Below are positions 8,803-16,647 of a stretch of 33,517 nt of DNA, in pieces; the first letter of the stretch is position 1; each line of letters opens with the position of its first letter. The DNA comes from a virus: the IMG/VR virus record IMGVR_UViG_3300031565_000199; one strand, written 5' to 3'. The notes under the pieces were generated by a model, which saw only the letters and a program-made list of their open reading frames with translations, ran no database searches and had not been told where the DNA came from. Both the position numbers and the translations under genes were made by a program.

Positions 8803-8829
8803 GCTCGCTTATCTCCTGTCATTTTGTTT

Positions 8830-9780
8830 TTATGTGAATGATATTATGATCGGTGAACCCGTCGCCCAGTCCATCCGCATGTTAATCCGTGCACAATTTA
8901 TTCCGCGGACATCGGTCACGCGGGGCACATCGGTGAGATATCCGTCTCCTGCTATTGATATAACGTATCCCGCCCCGGAACCTATTGCACACTCGAACGG
9001 GAGAAGGGTTCCCGCCGCGAGATCGGTGTAATAATTTTCGGTTGTGAATGACGGGTATGTTACGAGGAAGGAGATCGTCGGGTTCATCATCGTGAAATTC
9101 GGATCGGCAACGCCGCCGTCGGCACCTATACTGAGATTCGGCGAATCGTTACCCGCTCCCGAATTGATCGTGATTTCCTTGAATACGAGCGAGTCCTCAT
9201 TCAGCTTGACCGTGCCTCCGATTGCCGCCGGAGCCGCGCCGCCGTTCGTAAGCGTATCGGTCAACGCCGCGCCTTCAGTCGGGACGGTCATTATCCCGTC
9301 GAAATTCCAGTCGCACATGATCGGCTGCCCGGCCACTATGCGGAACGCGACGTTGCCAAGAGCGTTCGAACAGTTCTGTAAAAGGTTTTTATTCGTTACC
9401 GCCTCTATTCCCATCGATGTTGTGAGATCGACTGCCGTCAGATCATCCGGGTTTCCCGTCGCGGTGTAAGTCGCCGAGGTTGTCCCGGTTGCAGGCGGAC
9501 CACCGCCGACAAGCGTCTCCTTCCATCCGCATCCTTTAAGTAGGTATCCATCCGGAGGAACTTTCGCGCCCGCCGAACTTCCCGAAGGATTGAGGCGGGT
9601 CGTAAACGACAGCCGCGAATACAACCCGCCCGCGACTGGAGGCTGTAAACGATTGAACGGATATTGTCCGGTGTCGTCGAAAACAATCGCCTGAACCGGA
9701 TCGATGCTCAAATTGGAAACGGAGCGGGTAATGGAATTGAACCCGACCCGCGTTAATCTCGTTACATGTGGACTTGCCAT
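8830..9780 (-). CDS. Major tail (tube) protein
   Basis: 316 aa, rich in predicted beta strands and Gly/Thr, located upstream of the chaperone pair. The call is based on position and composition. Confidence 0.55.
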   Translation of the reverse strand: MASPHVTRLTRVGFNSITRSVSNLSIDPVQAIVFDDTGQYPFNRLQPPVAGGLYSRLSFTTRLNPSGSSAGAKVPPDGYLLKGCGWKETLVGGGPPATGTTSATYTATGNPDDLTAVDLTTSMGIEAVTNKNLLQNCSNALGNVAFRIVAGQPIMCDWNFDGIMTVPTEGAALTDTLTNGGAAPAAIGGTVKLNEDSLVFKEITINSGAGNDSPNLSIGADGGVADPNFTMMNPTISFLVTYPSFTTENYYTDLAAGTLLPFECAIGSGAGYVISIAGDGYLTDVPRVTDVRGINCARINMRMDWATGSPIIISFT

Positions 9781-9797
9781 TTCATTCGCTCCTAAAC

Positions 9798-10205
9798 TTA
9801 GTATGTGTATCTAACTATCATAACGAATTCGACCTCACCCATGATCGGCTGCTGTGTAGTGCTTGAAAGCATGACCGCCGGGTAGTGTCGAATGGGTTGT
9901 ATGATTAAAACGCCCAATGCGTTCAGGACTGCCAGTTTCGATGCGCTTAGCCAGAGCTTTATAAGTTCTTCGATTGCAAGCTCGCACTCCTCATCACTGT
10001 GCGCCCAAACGGAAACGGTGAAGGAAAATTCCCGGTCGAGAACCTGCGTCATGTCGAAATTGACCCCGCCACCGCCGAAAACGAGAAGCTCCGCAAACGG
10101 GTAATTTATCTTTTCGCTCGAAATTCCCGCGACGCATTTCGCAATCGACGTTGTTTCGATGTCGGTTATAAGCTGTGTTTTTATCGCGCTTAAAATGCTC
10201 GCCAT
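9798..10205 (-). CDS. Neck / tail-completion protein (hypothetical)
   Basis: The ORF track gives 9798..10298. The likelier start is the ATG at 10205 (MASILSAIK...), which overlaps the upstream TAA by 1 nt. That gives 135 aa, located between the gp10-like genes and the tail tube gene. Confidence 0.45.
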   Translation of the reverse strand: MASILSAIKTQLITDIETTSIAKCVAGISSEKINYPFAELLVFGGGGVNFDMTQVLDREFSFTVSVWAHSDEECELAIEELIKLWLSASKLAVLNALGVLIIQPIRHYPAVMLSSTTQQPIMGEVEFVMIVRYTY

Positions 10206-10738
10206 TATGTTTTCGGCTTCCCTTCCGCCATTAATGCGGCTTCCAGAGCGTATCGTGCGATATCGACGAGATTCAACATCCCGCCGCCGCCTTCCCACTG
10301 GACTTTCAGCGGAGGGCCTAAAAGATTTTCCGGTTGACTCGCGAAATCGGCCAAAGCGTCCATGACGTAATGCTGTCCTGGCAAATCAAAGCCCTTGCGC
10401 TTCGTGAAGAAAACGGTTTCCCCGCCGATCTCCGCAACCATGACTTTCCCCGGCGGGCACTCATAAGGCGGGATATATCCGCCGGTATCCTGAATACGCG
10501 CATAGGGAAGCGGGTTGTCAAGTATAACCGTCCCGTCGGATTTCAATCGAACCGTGCCCGGGTCACTCCACGATGCCCGTAATGCGCCCGTATCGACCGG
10601 GGAATGTTTCGCGAGAAGTCCGCGCAATTCACGCGCTCGATCGGTCGTCGAGATTTCGACAAGGCTTAAATATCTATCGGCGAATTCTAAAGCGATGGTC
10701 TTCCTCCGGTTTCGCCTTTTCGCGCCCAGCGAACCCAC
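10205..10738 (-). CDS. HK97 gp10-like head-tail joining protein (paralog 2)
   Basis: It contains KHSPVDTGALRASW and LPYARIQDTGG motifs, typical of the gp10 family. The start (GVG at 10738) is uncertain. Confidence 0.5.
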   Translation of the reverse strand: MGSLGAKRRNRRKTIALEFADRYLSLVEISTTDRARELRGLLAKHSPVDTGALRASWSDPGTVRLKSDGTVILDNPLPYARIQDTGGYIPPYECPPGKVMVAEIGGETVFFTKRKGFDLPGQHYVMDALADFASQPENLLGPPLKVQWEGGGGMLNLVDIARYALEAALMAEGKPKT

Positions 10739-11160
10739 GTGAACCGTCTTCCCTTCATTAGGTCTTCAAGCCAAGATTTAACGCCGTTTTCTACGAAGTG
10801 TTTGCCGCGAATTCTGTTCGCTCTCATCAATACCGACTTAAAAAAGACGCGCCGTCCGTGCCACATGAAACTCAAAGCCTTTTTGAATCGCGGATAAATC
10901 CGGATATCCCGGCTCGGCCCGCCGAAATTCTGAATAGCGGCATAGCGCGCCGCCGTCGCGGGCGGTTCGACGGCTACGGTGATAACGGTTTCCTCTTTGT
11001 TTATAACGGCGGATGTGGGATTGTCGAAAGCGTGTCGCAATGCGCCCGACGCATAGGGCGTATGATTCTGAATGCACCGGCGCAAGTGTGCGAGTTGGAA
11101 ATCCCAATCGACAACGAGCGGGCGATCCCAGCCAAGTTTTATTGTTTCGCCGTTCGTCAT
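10687..11160 (-). CDS. HK97 gp10-like head-tail joining protein (paralog 1)
   Basis: NHTPYASGALRHAF sits at the position equivalent to the SPVDTGALRASW motif of the next gene. 157 aa. Confidence 0.45.
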   Translation of the reverse strand: MTNGETIKLGWDRPLVVDWDFQLAHLRRCIQNHTPYASGALRHAFDNPTSAVINKEETVITVAVEPPATAARYAAIQNFGGPSRDIRIYPRFKKALSFMWHGRRVFFKSVLMRANRIRGKHFVENGVKSWLEDLMKGRRFTWVRWARKGETGGRPSL

Positions 11161-11206
11161 TTACGTTTGCCTTTTTTCTTTTTCTTTCCGCACGGCATAA
11201 TGCGCC

Positions 11207-11698
11207 TCACTTCAGGACTGTCACGCCCTGCCAGTATTCTATCATGTCGCGAATTTCGCGGGCGACCGATGTACTCGACACCGATCCGCCGCCGACCGAC
11301 TCCGAAATTTCCTTGCATCGATGCGTCGCGAGCCAGTGGAGAATGTCAACCATGACCGTCGGGAAATCGACTCGCGCCCCGGTGACGTTAATTGTTTCCG
11401 TCGAGTGCGTCCCGGTTGTAACCGATATCGATCCGCGAGCGTTAACGAGATAGACGCAATCATCCTCACCCGTAAAGGTTGGGTTGTAAAGCATTAACCC
11501 GTATGAATAGCCGTGATAGTTTTTATAAAGCCCGGTCGTGACCTTTTGAAATACCCACGTCGATTCCTCCGCCATGATGTGCTCGAAAATAAAACGGTTT
11601 ATTTCCGCGTCGCTCATGATCTTGTCCGTGCCCTTCCAGTCCAGGGCAAGGCGGATTTCGTCGAGCACTGTCACGTATGTGTAGGTTGCGGCGGCCAT
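11207..11698 (-). CDS. Head-tail connector / adaptor-like protein
   Basis: 163 aa. The N-terminus (YVTVLDEIRLALDW...DAEINRFI) resembles gp6-like head-tail connectors. It is the first gene after the glyco-island. Confidence 0.4.
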   Translation of the reverse strand: MAAATYTYVTVLDEIRLALDWKGTDKIMSDAEINRFIFEHIMAEESTWVFQKVTTGLYKNYHGYSYGLMLYNPTFTGEDDCVYLVNARGSISVTTGTHSTETINVTGARVDFPTVMVDILHWLATHRCKEISESVGGGSVSSTSVAREIRDMIEYWQGVTVLK

Positions 11699-13482
11699 TA
11701 TATTTCGAGCCTCGTTTCGGACAGAGTTTTAAAAACGATTCCTTCCCGTCGATAATAGTTTATCATACTTTGCAGATTTGCAAGTTGCGACCAGTTTTCG
11801 CCACGCGAATAATCGATAGAACATTCGGCGATTGTCCCGTCGAAATAAGTATCCCCTCGCATATCGACACCACAGAGGATGATTTCCCTCGCGCCTCCCC
11901 GGGCGGCAATATCGATTGCAACCGCGCTTATGCTTCCGTAAGCCCGATATCGTTCGGGGTCGGGTGTAAATTCGCCGTTGGTAAAGCGCGACATCATAGG
12001 GATGACGTAATCGCCGTGTTTGGGTGCGATTTTCAACTCGACAGCTTCACCGAACAGGCGCAAGCCCTTGAACTTTTCAAAGCCGAATTTAAACCATGCC
12101 GTTTTTGGAGCGTCACCGTCCGCGACAACCCACGCATTTATATCGATCGGTATCTCAACTGCCTTGTTTACGGCTATACAATACCCGTCTATTTCGCCCC
12201 AATGTTCTTTACCGTTTGGGCCCGGCGCAAGGATAAAAACGCGCTCGGGTACTGGAAGCGGGTCGTCTATTATGTTTTTGGGAGTCCGGGCGGGGATTCT
12301 CTCAACGTCGAGTTGAGTATCGGAAAGCGACACAATCCGGCATCCGGTCGTTTTCATTGCACGAATAAGATTATTAAAAGCGTCGGCGGCTTTCCAAGTC
12401 TGGCTTTCACGAGTTTGGATATTAATCTTTTTATCCGTTTCCGTCCCGTCGAAATATTTCTCACCGTACATGTCCACGCCACACAGGATTATATTCCGGC
12501 TCCCAAGCAGATAAGCCAGTTGCACGGCCTGACACGCGATTGTCGCATGACAACGGAGTTCGCCGTTTATGCAGTAATGCCCGTCTTCGAGAAGACTTTT
12601 ACCGTGCCGGAATGTGTAGCGAACATCCTTAAATTCCTGTGCGAGTTTGCCCGAATCGAAAACGGGAGTCGGGTTATTCCGATCCATCAGCTCGTATTCC
12701 GAGGCGATGTATTCCCTTGCCGCTTTTTTAAACCATTCCTTTTCCGGAAGCGAGCCGTCGGCACAGAGCCAGATCGATTTGTGAACGCCGGGGATTTCGA
12801 TTGCCTTATTGACGGCAATGACCCATGAGTGAGCGGGGATCTTGTCGTAATGCGCCGCTCCGTTCGGGCCTGTTCCCAATATGTAAACCGGCTCGGTCTT
12901 ATCGAAGCGGAGTTCCGTCGCGAATATATCCGTCGGCTTGTCTCGCAACATCACGCCCTCGCGCTTGATTCCCCAAAACTGAACGTCCGTTCCGTCTGCG
13001 TTGTTTTTTAACTCGTATTCCGTAAAAGCCCGCTTCGGATCGAGCGTCTTTTCAAAGTCGGCGTTCGTGCGATTCTGATACCAATCCAGAGTGAACGGAG
13101 ATGTATGCGAAGAATGTTTTTTCGTCCCGTGCTCATGCCGCTTTTCCGAGGCGCAAGTGATAATCAGAAGTCCGCCGGGCTTTAACATCCGATACATTGC
13201 CCGAAGCGAAAGCTGCCAGTAACGGTCGTGTTCCAACATCTCGGTCGAAATGATCGTGTCGAAATGCTCATCGTGACCGGGGTATTCGTGTGTGCGCGAA
13301 ATGAAGTTTACGTTTTTACCTTCACCCAAATCGATGCCGGTGTATCCGCAATGCGCGAACAGCGGCTTGTTACAGCCGTTTATATCCAGACTTCCACAGT
13401 CCAGGGCGCGTATCCTAAAAAACTTTTCCGGGAATCGCGCCTTGACTTCGTTGCAGAATTTTATTTGGTCGTTGTGCGCCAT
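11698..13482 (-). CDS. Fusion protein: class I SAM methyltransferase plus two Maf/DUF115-like (MAF_flag10) domains
   Basis: The ORF track gives 11698..13545, but the likely start is the ATG at 13482 (MAHNDQIKF). The methyltransferase motifs are ALDCGS, GIDL, DTIISTEMLEH and LKPGGLLIITC (about 13141-13428). The two Maf-like repeats are YILGTGPNG..VIAVNKAIEI..WLCADG..WFK..NIILCGVDMYGEKYFDG (about 12310-12894) and FILAPGPNG..CIAVNKAVEI..WVVADG..WFK..EIILCGVDMRGDTYFDG (about 11710-12243). Confidence 0.65.
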   Translation of the reverse strand: MAHNDQIKFCNEVKARFPEKFFRIRALDCGSLDINGCNKPLFAHCGYTGIDLGEGKNVNFISRTHEYPGHDEHFDTIISTEMLEHDRYWQLSLRAMYRMLKPGGLLIITCASEKRHEHGTKKHSSHTSPFTLDWYQNRTNADFEKTLDPKRAFTEYELKNNADGTDVQFWGIKREGVMLRDKPTDIFATELRFDKTEPVYILGTGPNGAAHYDKIPAHSWVIAVNKAIEIPGVHKSIWLCADGSLPEKEWFKKAAREYIASEYELMDRNNPTPVFDSGKLAQEFKDVRYTFRHGKSLLEDGHYCINGELRCHATIACQAVQLAYLLGSRNIILCGVDMYGEKYFDGTETDKKINIQTRESQTWKAADAFNNLIRAMKTTGCRIVSLSDTQLDVERIPARTPKNIIDDPLPVPERVFILAPGPNGKEHWGEIDGYCIAVNKAVEIPIDINAWVVADGDAPKTAWFKFGFEKFKGLRLFGEAVELKIAPKHGDYVIPMMSRFTNGEFTPDPERYRAYGSISAVAIDIAARGGAREIILCGVDMRGDTYFDGTIAECSIDYSRGENWSQLANLQSMINYYRREGIVFKTLSETRLEI

Positions 13483-14993
13483 AACCTCACGTTGCCGCCG
13501 TCCGGTTTGTAATCGACATTCTTTTCGTCCGGGCGGTCGCCGCATGTATTCGATTGTCCGTGAATGAAATAATATTTATAGCCGGTGTGGTGCATGATCG
13601 GATCATAAATCTTTTCGATGTGGCGTTTCATCGTGTTGTCACGCGCCCCGCCGACAGGCTCTCCGCTCAATCGTTTCGGCGAACGCCATGACGATTCGGC
13701 CTCATAGTCCGTGTTGTAAATTTGCTTTGCGATTGTTTTTAATTCAGCCGTTTTGATAACGAGCGTACCGATGGGCGAACGGTAGAAATAATCCCAGATC
13801 ATGCCGTTCTGCACGACCGCGCAATCGTAATTCCAGCAAAGCGGATGCCCTTTGATTATCGGATCAACGGCTTTGATAGTGTAATCGGGCGGGTATCTGT
13901 CGTCCTCATCCCACCACATCGTGACAGGTTCGCTTGCGATTTCGCAGAATGCCATGAGCTTCAATGTCCATAAATCCGGCCACTCACCCTCTACATCGAT
14001 CTCAACAATGCGGATCGGGAAGTTATGTTTGATTCGAGGCGGGAATTCGCCTCCGTAATTTCGCTGTCTCAACAGGTAAATCGTTTTGAGTTCGGGCGGA
14101 TAGTCCTGATTTATCGCGTCGATAATAGCGTTCATGCGGTCTATCGGGTCGAACGTGAAACAACAATATGCGACGGCGGGAAGCGTTGTCGGTTCCCCGT
14201 TAGCCTTGACCGCTTCGAGAATAGCAACTGTCGGCTTTCGGAGTTTCGTTTCGGAAAGCGTTTCGATCAAAATCCCCTTGCGCTGGTAATATTCGATGGT
14301 GTTATCGAACAGGTCGCGGGCTTGCCATGTTTTGCCGTGCCTCTCATCCTTGCGTATTTCGCCGTCGAAATATTCATCACCGGAAAGGTCGAAGCCGCAC
14401 AGAATGATATGCTTCGCCCCGCACATCGCGGCGATTTCGACAGCCGCACTCCCGACAGTCCCGCCGACGCGAACGCCCGTCTTGTCCGGCTCCCATGCGC
14501 CGTGAGTCGGAGCGCATAGTTTAAATGTAAATTGTTTCGCGGGATCGTTGAAACCTTCCCCGGCCTCCTCCGAAAATATGCGAATGCCGCCGAACGCTTT
14601 CGATGCGGCCTTGAACCATCCGGTCTTCACCGTATCCGGGTCGAGTACGACCCAGCATGAAGGCTTTATCTCCGCTATCGTGACGGCTTTGTTTACGGCT
14701 ATAACGTAAGCAGTCGCGGGTATTTGCTTATAATGTTCGCGACCCTTCACGCCCGATCCGACGATATAAACGACATCGGGCATTTGCAACCCGGATGCGC
14801 GGATATCCTTGATGGGGATTTTTATTTTCGCAGGCCCCGCGAGGTATTCCTTTGCCTCAACAAAATCGAATTCCAGTCGTTCGCCGTCAGCGTTCGAAAC
14901 GTATCTGCCGGTCGATTTGCACCGGATGAAATAAAACCCGGCATCCTTGATGTTCTTGTCTACGGTGAAGGCTTTTATCATCTCGTAAGGCAT
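13461..14993 (-). CDS. Fusion protein: Maf/DUF115-like domain plus C-terminal GT-A-like (family 2-like) glycosyltransferase region
   Basis: The ORF track gives 13461..15029, whose first 12 codons lie in a strong hairpin, so the ATG at 14993 (MPYEMIKAF) is likelier. The Maf-like motifs are VYIVGSGVKG..VIAVNKAVTI..WVVLDPD..WFK..GGTVGSAAVEIAAMCGAKHIILCGFDLSGDEYFDG (about 14244-14777). The C-terminal part is AVAYCCFTFDPIDRMNAIIDAINQDYPPELKTIYLL...MWWDEDDRYPP (about 13725-14183). Confidence 0.6.
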   Translation of the reverse strand: MPYEMIKAFTVDKNIKDAGFYFIRCKSTGRYVSNADGERLEFDFVEAKEYLAGPAKIKIPIKDIRASGLQMPDVVYIVGSGVKGREHYKQIPATAYVIAVNKAVTIAEIKPSCWVVLDPDTVKTGWFKAASKAFGGIRIFSEEAGEGFNDPAKQFTFKLCAPTHGAWEPDKTGVRVGGTVGSAAVEIAAMCGAKHIILCGFDLSGDEYFDGEIRKDERHGKTWQARDLFDNTIEYYQRKGILIETLSETKLRKPTVAILEAVKANGEPTTLPAVAYCCFTFDPIDRMNAIIDAINQDYPPELKTIYLLRQRNYGGEFPPRIKHNFPIRIVEIDVEGEWPDLWTLKLMAFCEIASEPVTMWWDEDDRYPPDYTIKAVDPIIKGHPLCWNYDCAVVQNGMIWDYFYRSPIGTLVIKTAELKTIAKQIYNTDYEAESSWRSPKRLSGEPVGGARDNTMKRHIEKIYDPIMHHTGYKYYFIHGQSNTCGDRPDEKNVDYKPDGGNVRLWRTTTK

Positions 14994-15005
14994 AATATTA
15001 TTGCA

Positions 15006-15034
15006 GGGGAGGGCGGTTTTTGCCGCCACTCCCC
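15006..15034 (-). promoter_or_regulatory. Strong GC hairpin immediately after the major capsid gene
   Basis: The minus strand reads GGGGAG(T)GGCGG-caaaaa-CCGCCCTCCCC, 11 bp with one bulge. No U-run follows, so it is not a canonical intrinsic terminator. It may be an attenuator or an mRNA 3'-end stabiliser. Confidence 0.5.
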
Positions 15035-15068
15035 CTTATATCTCGGCTGACAGGAGACCGAAATTGGA

Positions 15069-15929
15069 TTACGAAGCCTGATTCTTAGCTTCTCCGATGA
15101 GTCCGGCGATAACCGTGCCGTGGCCGTAAGTGCCGACCGTTGTCCACTTCGTGACCATGTCGTTGTGAAGCATCGGGCCGCCACCTGCGACACCGAGGTC
15201 GGTGAAGACGCAGGCTTGCGCGTCCTTGTGGAAAATGAACGCGGCGGGCTGCGATGCAACTCCGAAATTGGTCGAGTAAAGCGTGGAGAAAAGCGGTATA
15301 CCCATGAACGTATACTGCCCGGTCAACTCGTTGAGGCGGGCGGGCATGAAGTCTGTTGACCGCAACCTTACGAAGTGGCCGAATGCAAGATAGTTCATGA
15401 CTATAGCGAAATCGGAGGGAGCCGATCTCGCACGCGATGAGAAGAGAAACGAAACGAGCTGGGTCATAACGTCGAGAGCCGCATTGTTCGCGGTAACCGA
15501 GCCGTCGGTATTAAAATTCATATCACCGGCGGGAAGGTTGACGGAAAGACCCGGAGTCGCGGCGACCATATCCACGATGCAAGCGTTTTCAGCCGCGTAA
15601 GCGAGGGCATCCGTGTGGTTTTCTGCAATCCTTTGGAGATTGCCCAATTGTGCGTAATAACTCGCGGTCTGGGAGGGGAGCAACGAGTGTGTTACCTGTT
15701 CAGGGACGAAGGTCAAATCCACCTGAACCGTCGCGGTCGAACCACTTACGGGTGTACCCTCAACGACTGTCGAGGGTGTCGAGGCGGTGAGCACCGAACA
15801 CGTCAGGGCACCCACGCGTGATCCGCTGGGGATATCGACCGCATTGTTGAAGTGGGAAATTAATCCACCCGAAGACAAAATTTGAGCGTGCAGTAAGCCT
15901 GCATACGATTCGGGGAATGGCATAGCCAT
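15069..15929 (-). CDS. Major capsid protein (HK97-fold-like)
   Basis: About 286 aa (MAMPFPESYAG...), directly downstream of the scaffold-like gene and its promoter, with an AAGGAG RBS. The size and composition are typical of a capsid protein lacking a delta domain. The GTG at 15941 lies inside the RBS, so the ATG at 15929 is preferred. Confidence 0.7.
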   Translation of the reverse strand: MAMPFPESYAGLLHAQILSSGGLISHFNNAVDIPSGSRVGALTCSVLTASTPSTVVEGTPVSGSTATVQVDLTFVPEQVTHSLLPSQTASYYAQLGNLQRIAENHTDALAYAAENACIVDMVAATPGLSVNLPAGDMNFNTDGSVTANNAALDVMTQLVSFLFSSRARSAPSDFAIVMNYLAFGHFVRLRSTDFMPARLNELTGQYTFMGIPLFSTLYSTNFGVASQPAAFIFHKDAQACVFTDLGVAGGGPMLHNDMVTKWTTVGTYGHGTVIAGLIGEAKNQAS

Positions 15930-15962
15930 GAGATAATTCACTCCTTAACGATTAAGATTTTG

Positions 15963-16056
15963 TCTCCCGACCGTTACGGGGCTGGTCTCGGCTATGCCGG
16001 TGGGGTACTTATTCTCCCGACTATTACGGGGTTAGTCTCCCGGGTAGGCTCCGGGG
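15963..16056 (-). repeat. Three copies of a hairpin-forming motif in the scaffold-capsid intergenic region
   Basis: On the plus strand the copies are TCTCCCGACCGTTACGGGG (15963-15981), TCTCCCGACTATTACGGGG (16013-16031) and TCTCCCGGGTAGGCTCCGGGG (16036-16056). On the mRNA each reads CCCCG-N7-CGGGAGA. Confidence 0.7.
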
Positions 16057-16062
16057 CGGCCT

Positions 16063-16623
16063 TTAAAATCCGACGAACGTTTTGCCCTTAAGGGATTCTG
16101 CCAAGTTAGCTTTTGCCGCCTCAAGTGAAGACGGAGCGCCGGTCTGGTGCTCCGGGATCACCGGAACATCTTTAAGTTTCGCGGGCTGCATGAATTTGTT
16201 CGCCTCAATAACTTCAGGTTCGGTAGTGTTTGCGGGTGCCGGGGTTCCGGCCTTCGTAGCGTAAAGGTCGAGCCGCGCCTTGTAAGCCGCCGCGCTTGCC
16301 CTGATCTGTTCGGGTGTGTTGCCGGTAATGAAAGCGGCGTCTTCTTTCGAAAGTCCGTTTTCTTCGATCACGTCACGAACGAAGTCCTTGCGTTTCATTT
16401 CGGCAACTTCACGCCTGATGTTAACGACCCCGGAGGTTTCGAGTTCGTCAAGAACGGCCTGAAACTCTTCGGGATGCCGCGCAAAATGAGCGGCCTGTGA
16501 TTTGATTTTCTGCGTTACTTCGGGTGCAGGTTGAGGTTCGGGTTGGGTTACGACCGGAACCGGGACGGGTTGCGCCGGTGTCGGTGTCGTTGGTGTTTGT
16601 GCGTTTGGATCGGTTACTGTCAT
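16063..16623 (-). CDS. Scaffolding protein
   Basis: 186 aa with a Pro/Thr-rich N-terminus followed by helical, charged sequence. It lies between the portal-like and capsid genes and has an AGGAG RBS. Confidence 0.6.
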   Translation of the reverse strand: MTVTDPNAQTPTTPTPAQPVPVPVVTQPEPQPAPEVTQKIKSQAAHFARHPEEFQAVLDELETSGVVNIRREVAEMKRKDFVRDVIEENGLSKEDAAFITGNTPEQIRASAAAYKARLDLYATKAGTPAPANTTEPEVIEANKFMQPAKLKDVPVIPEHQTGAPSSLEAAKANLAESLKGKTFVGF

Positions 16624-16647
16624 TTCGTTTGTCTCCTGTCTATAAGT

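Noticed and set aside
11677-12828. 383-aa plus-strand ORF
   Set aside because: It is antisense to the methyltransferase/Maf-like gene, whose translation carries clear, thrice-repeated domain motifs. The plus-strand product is low-complexity and has no coupling or RBS.
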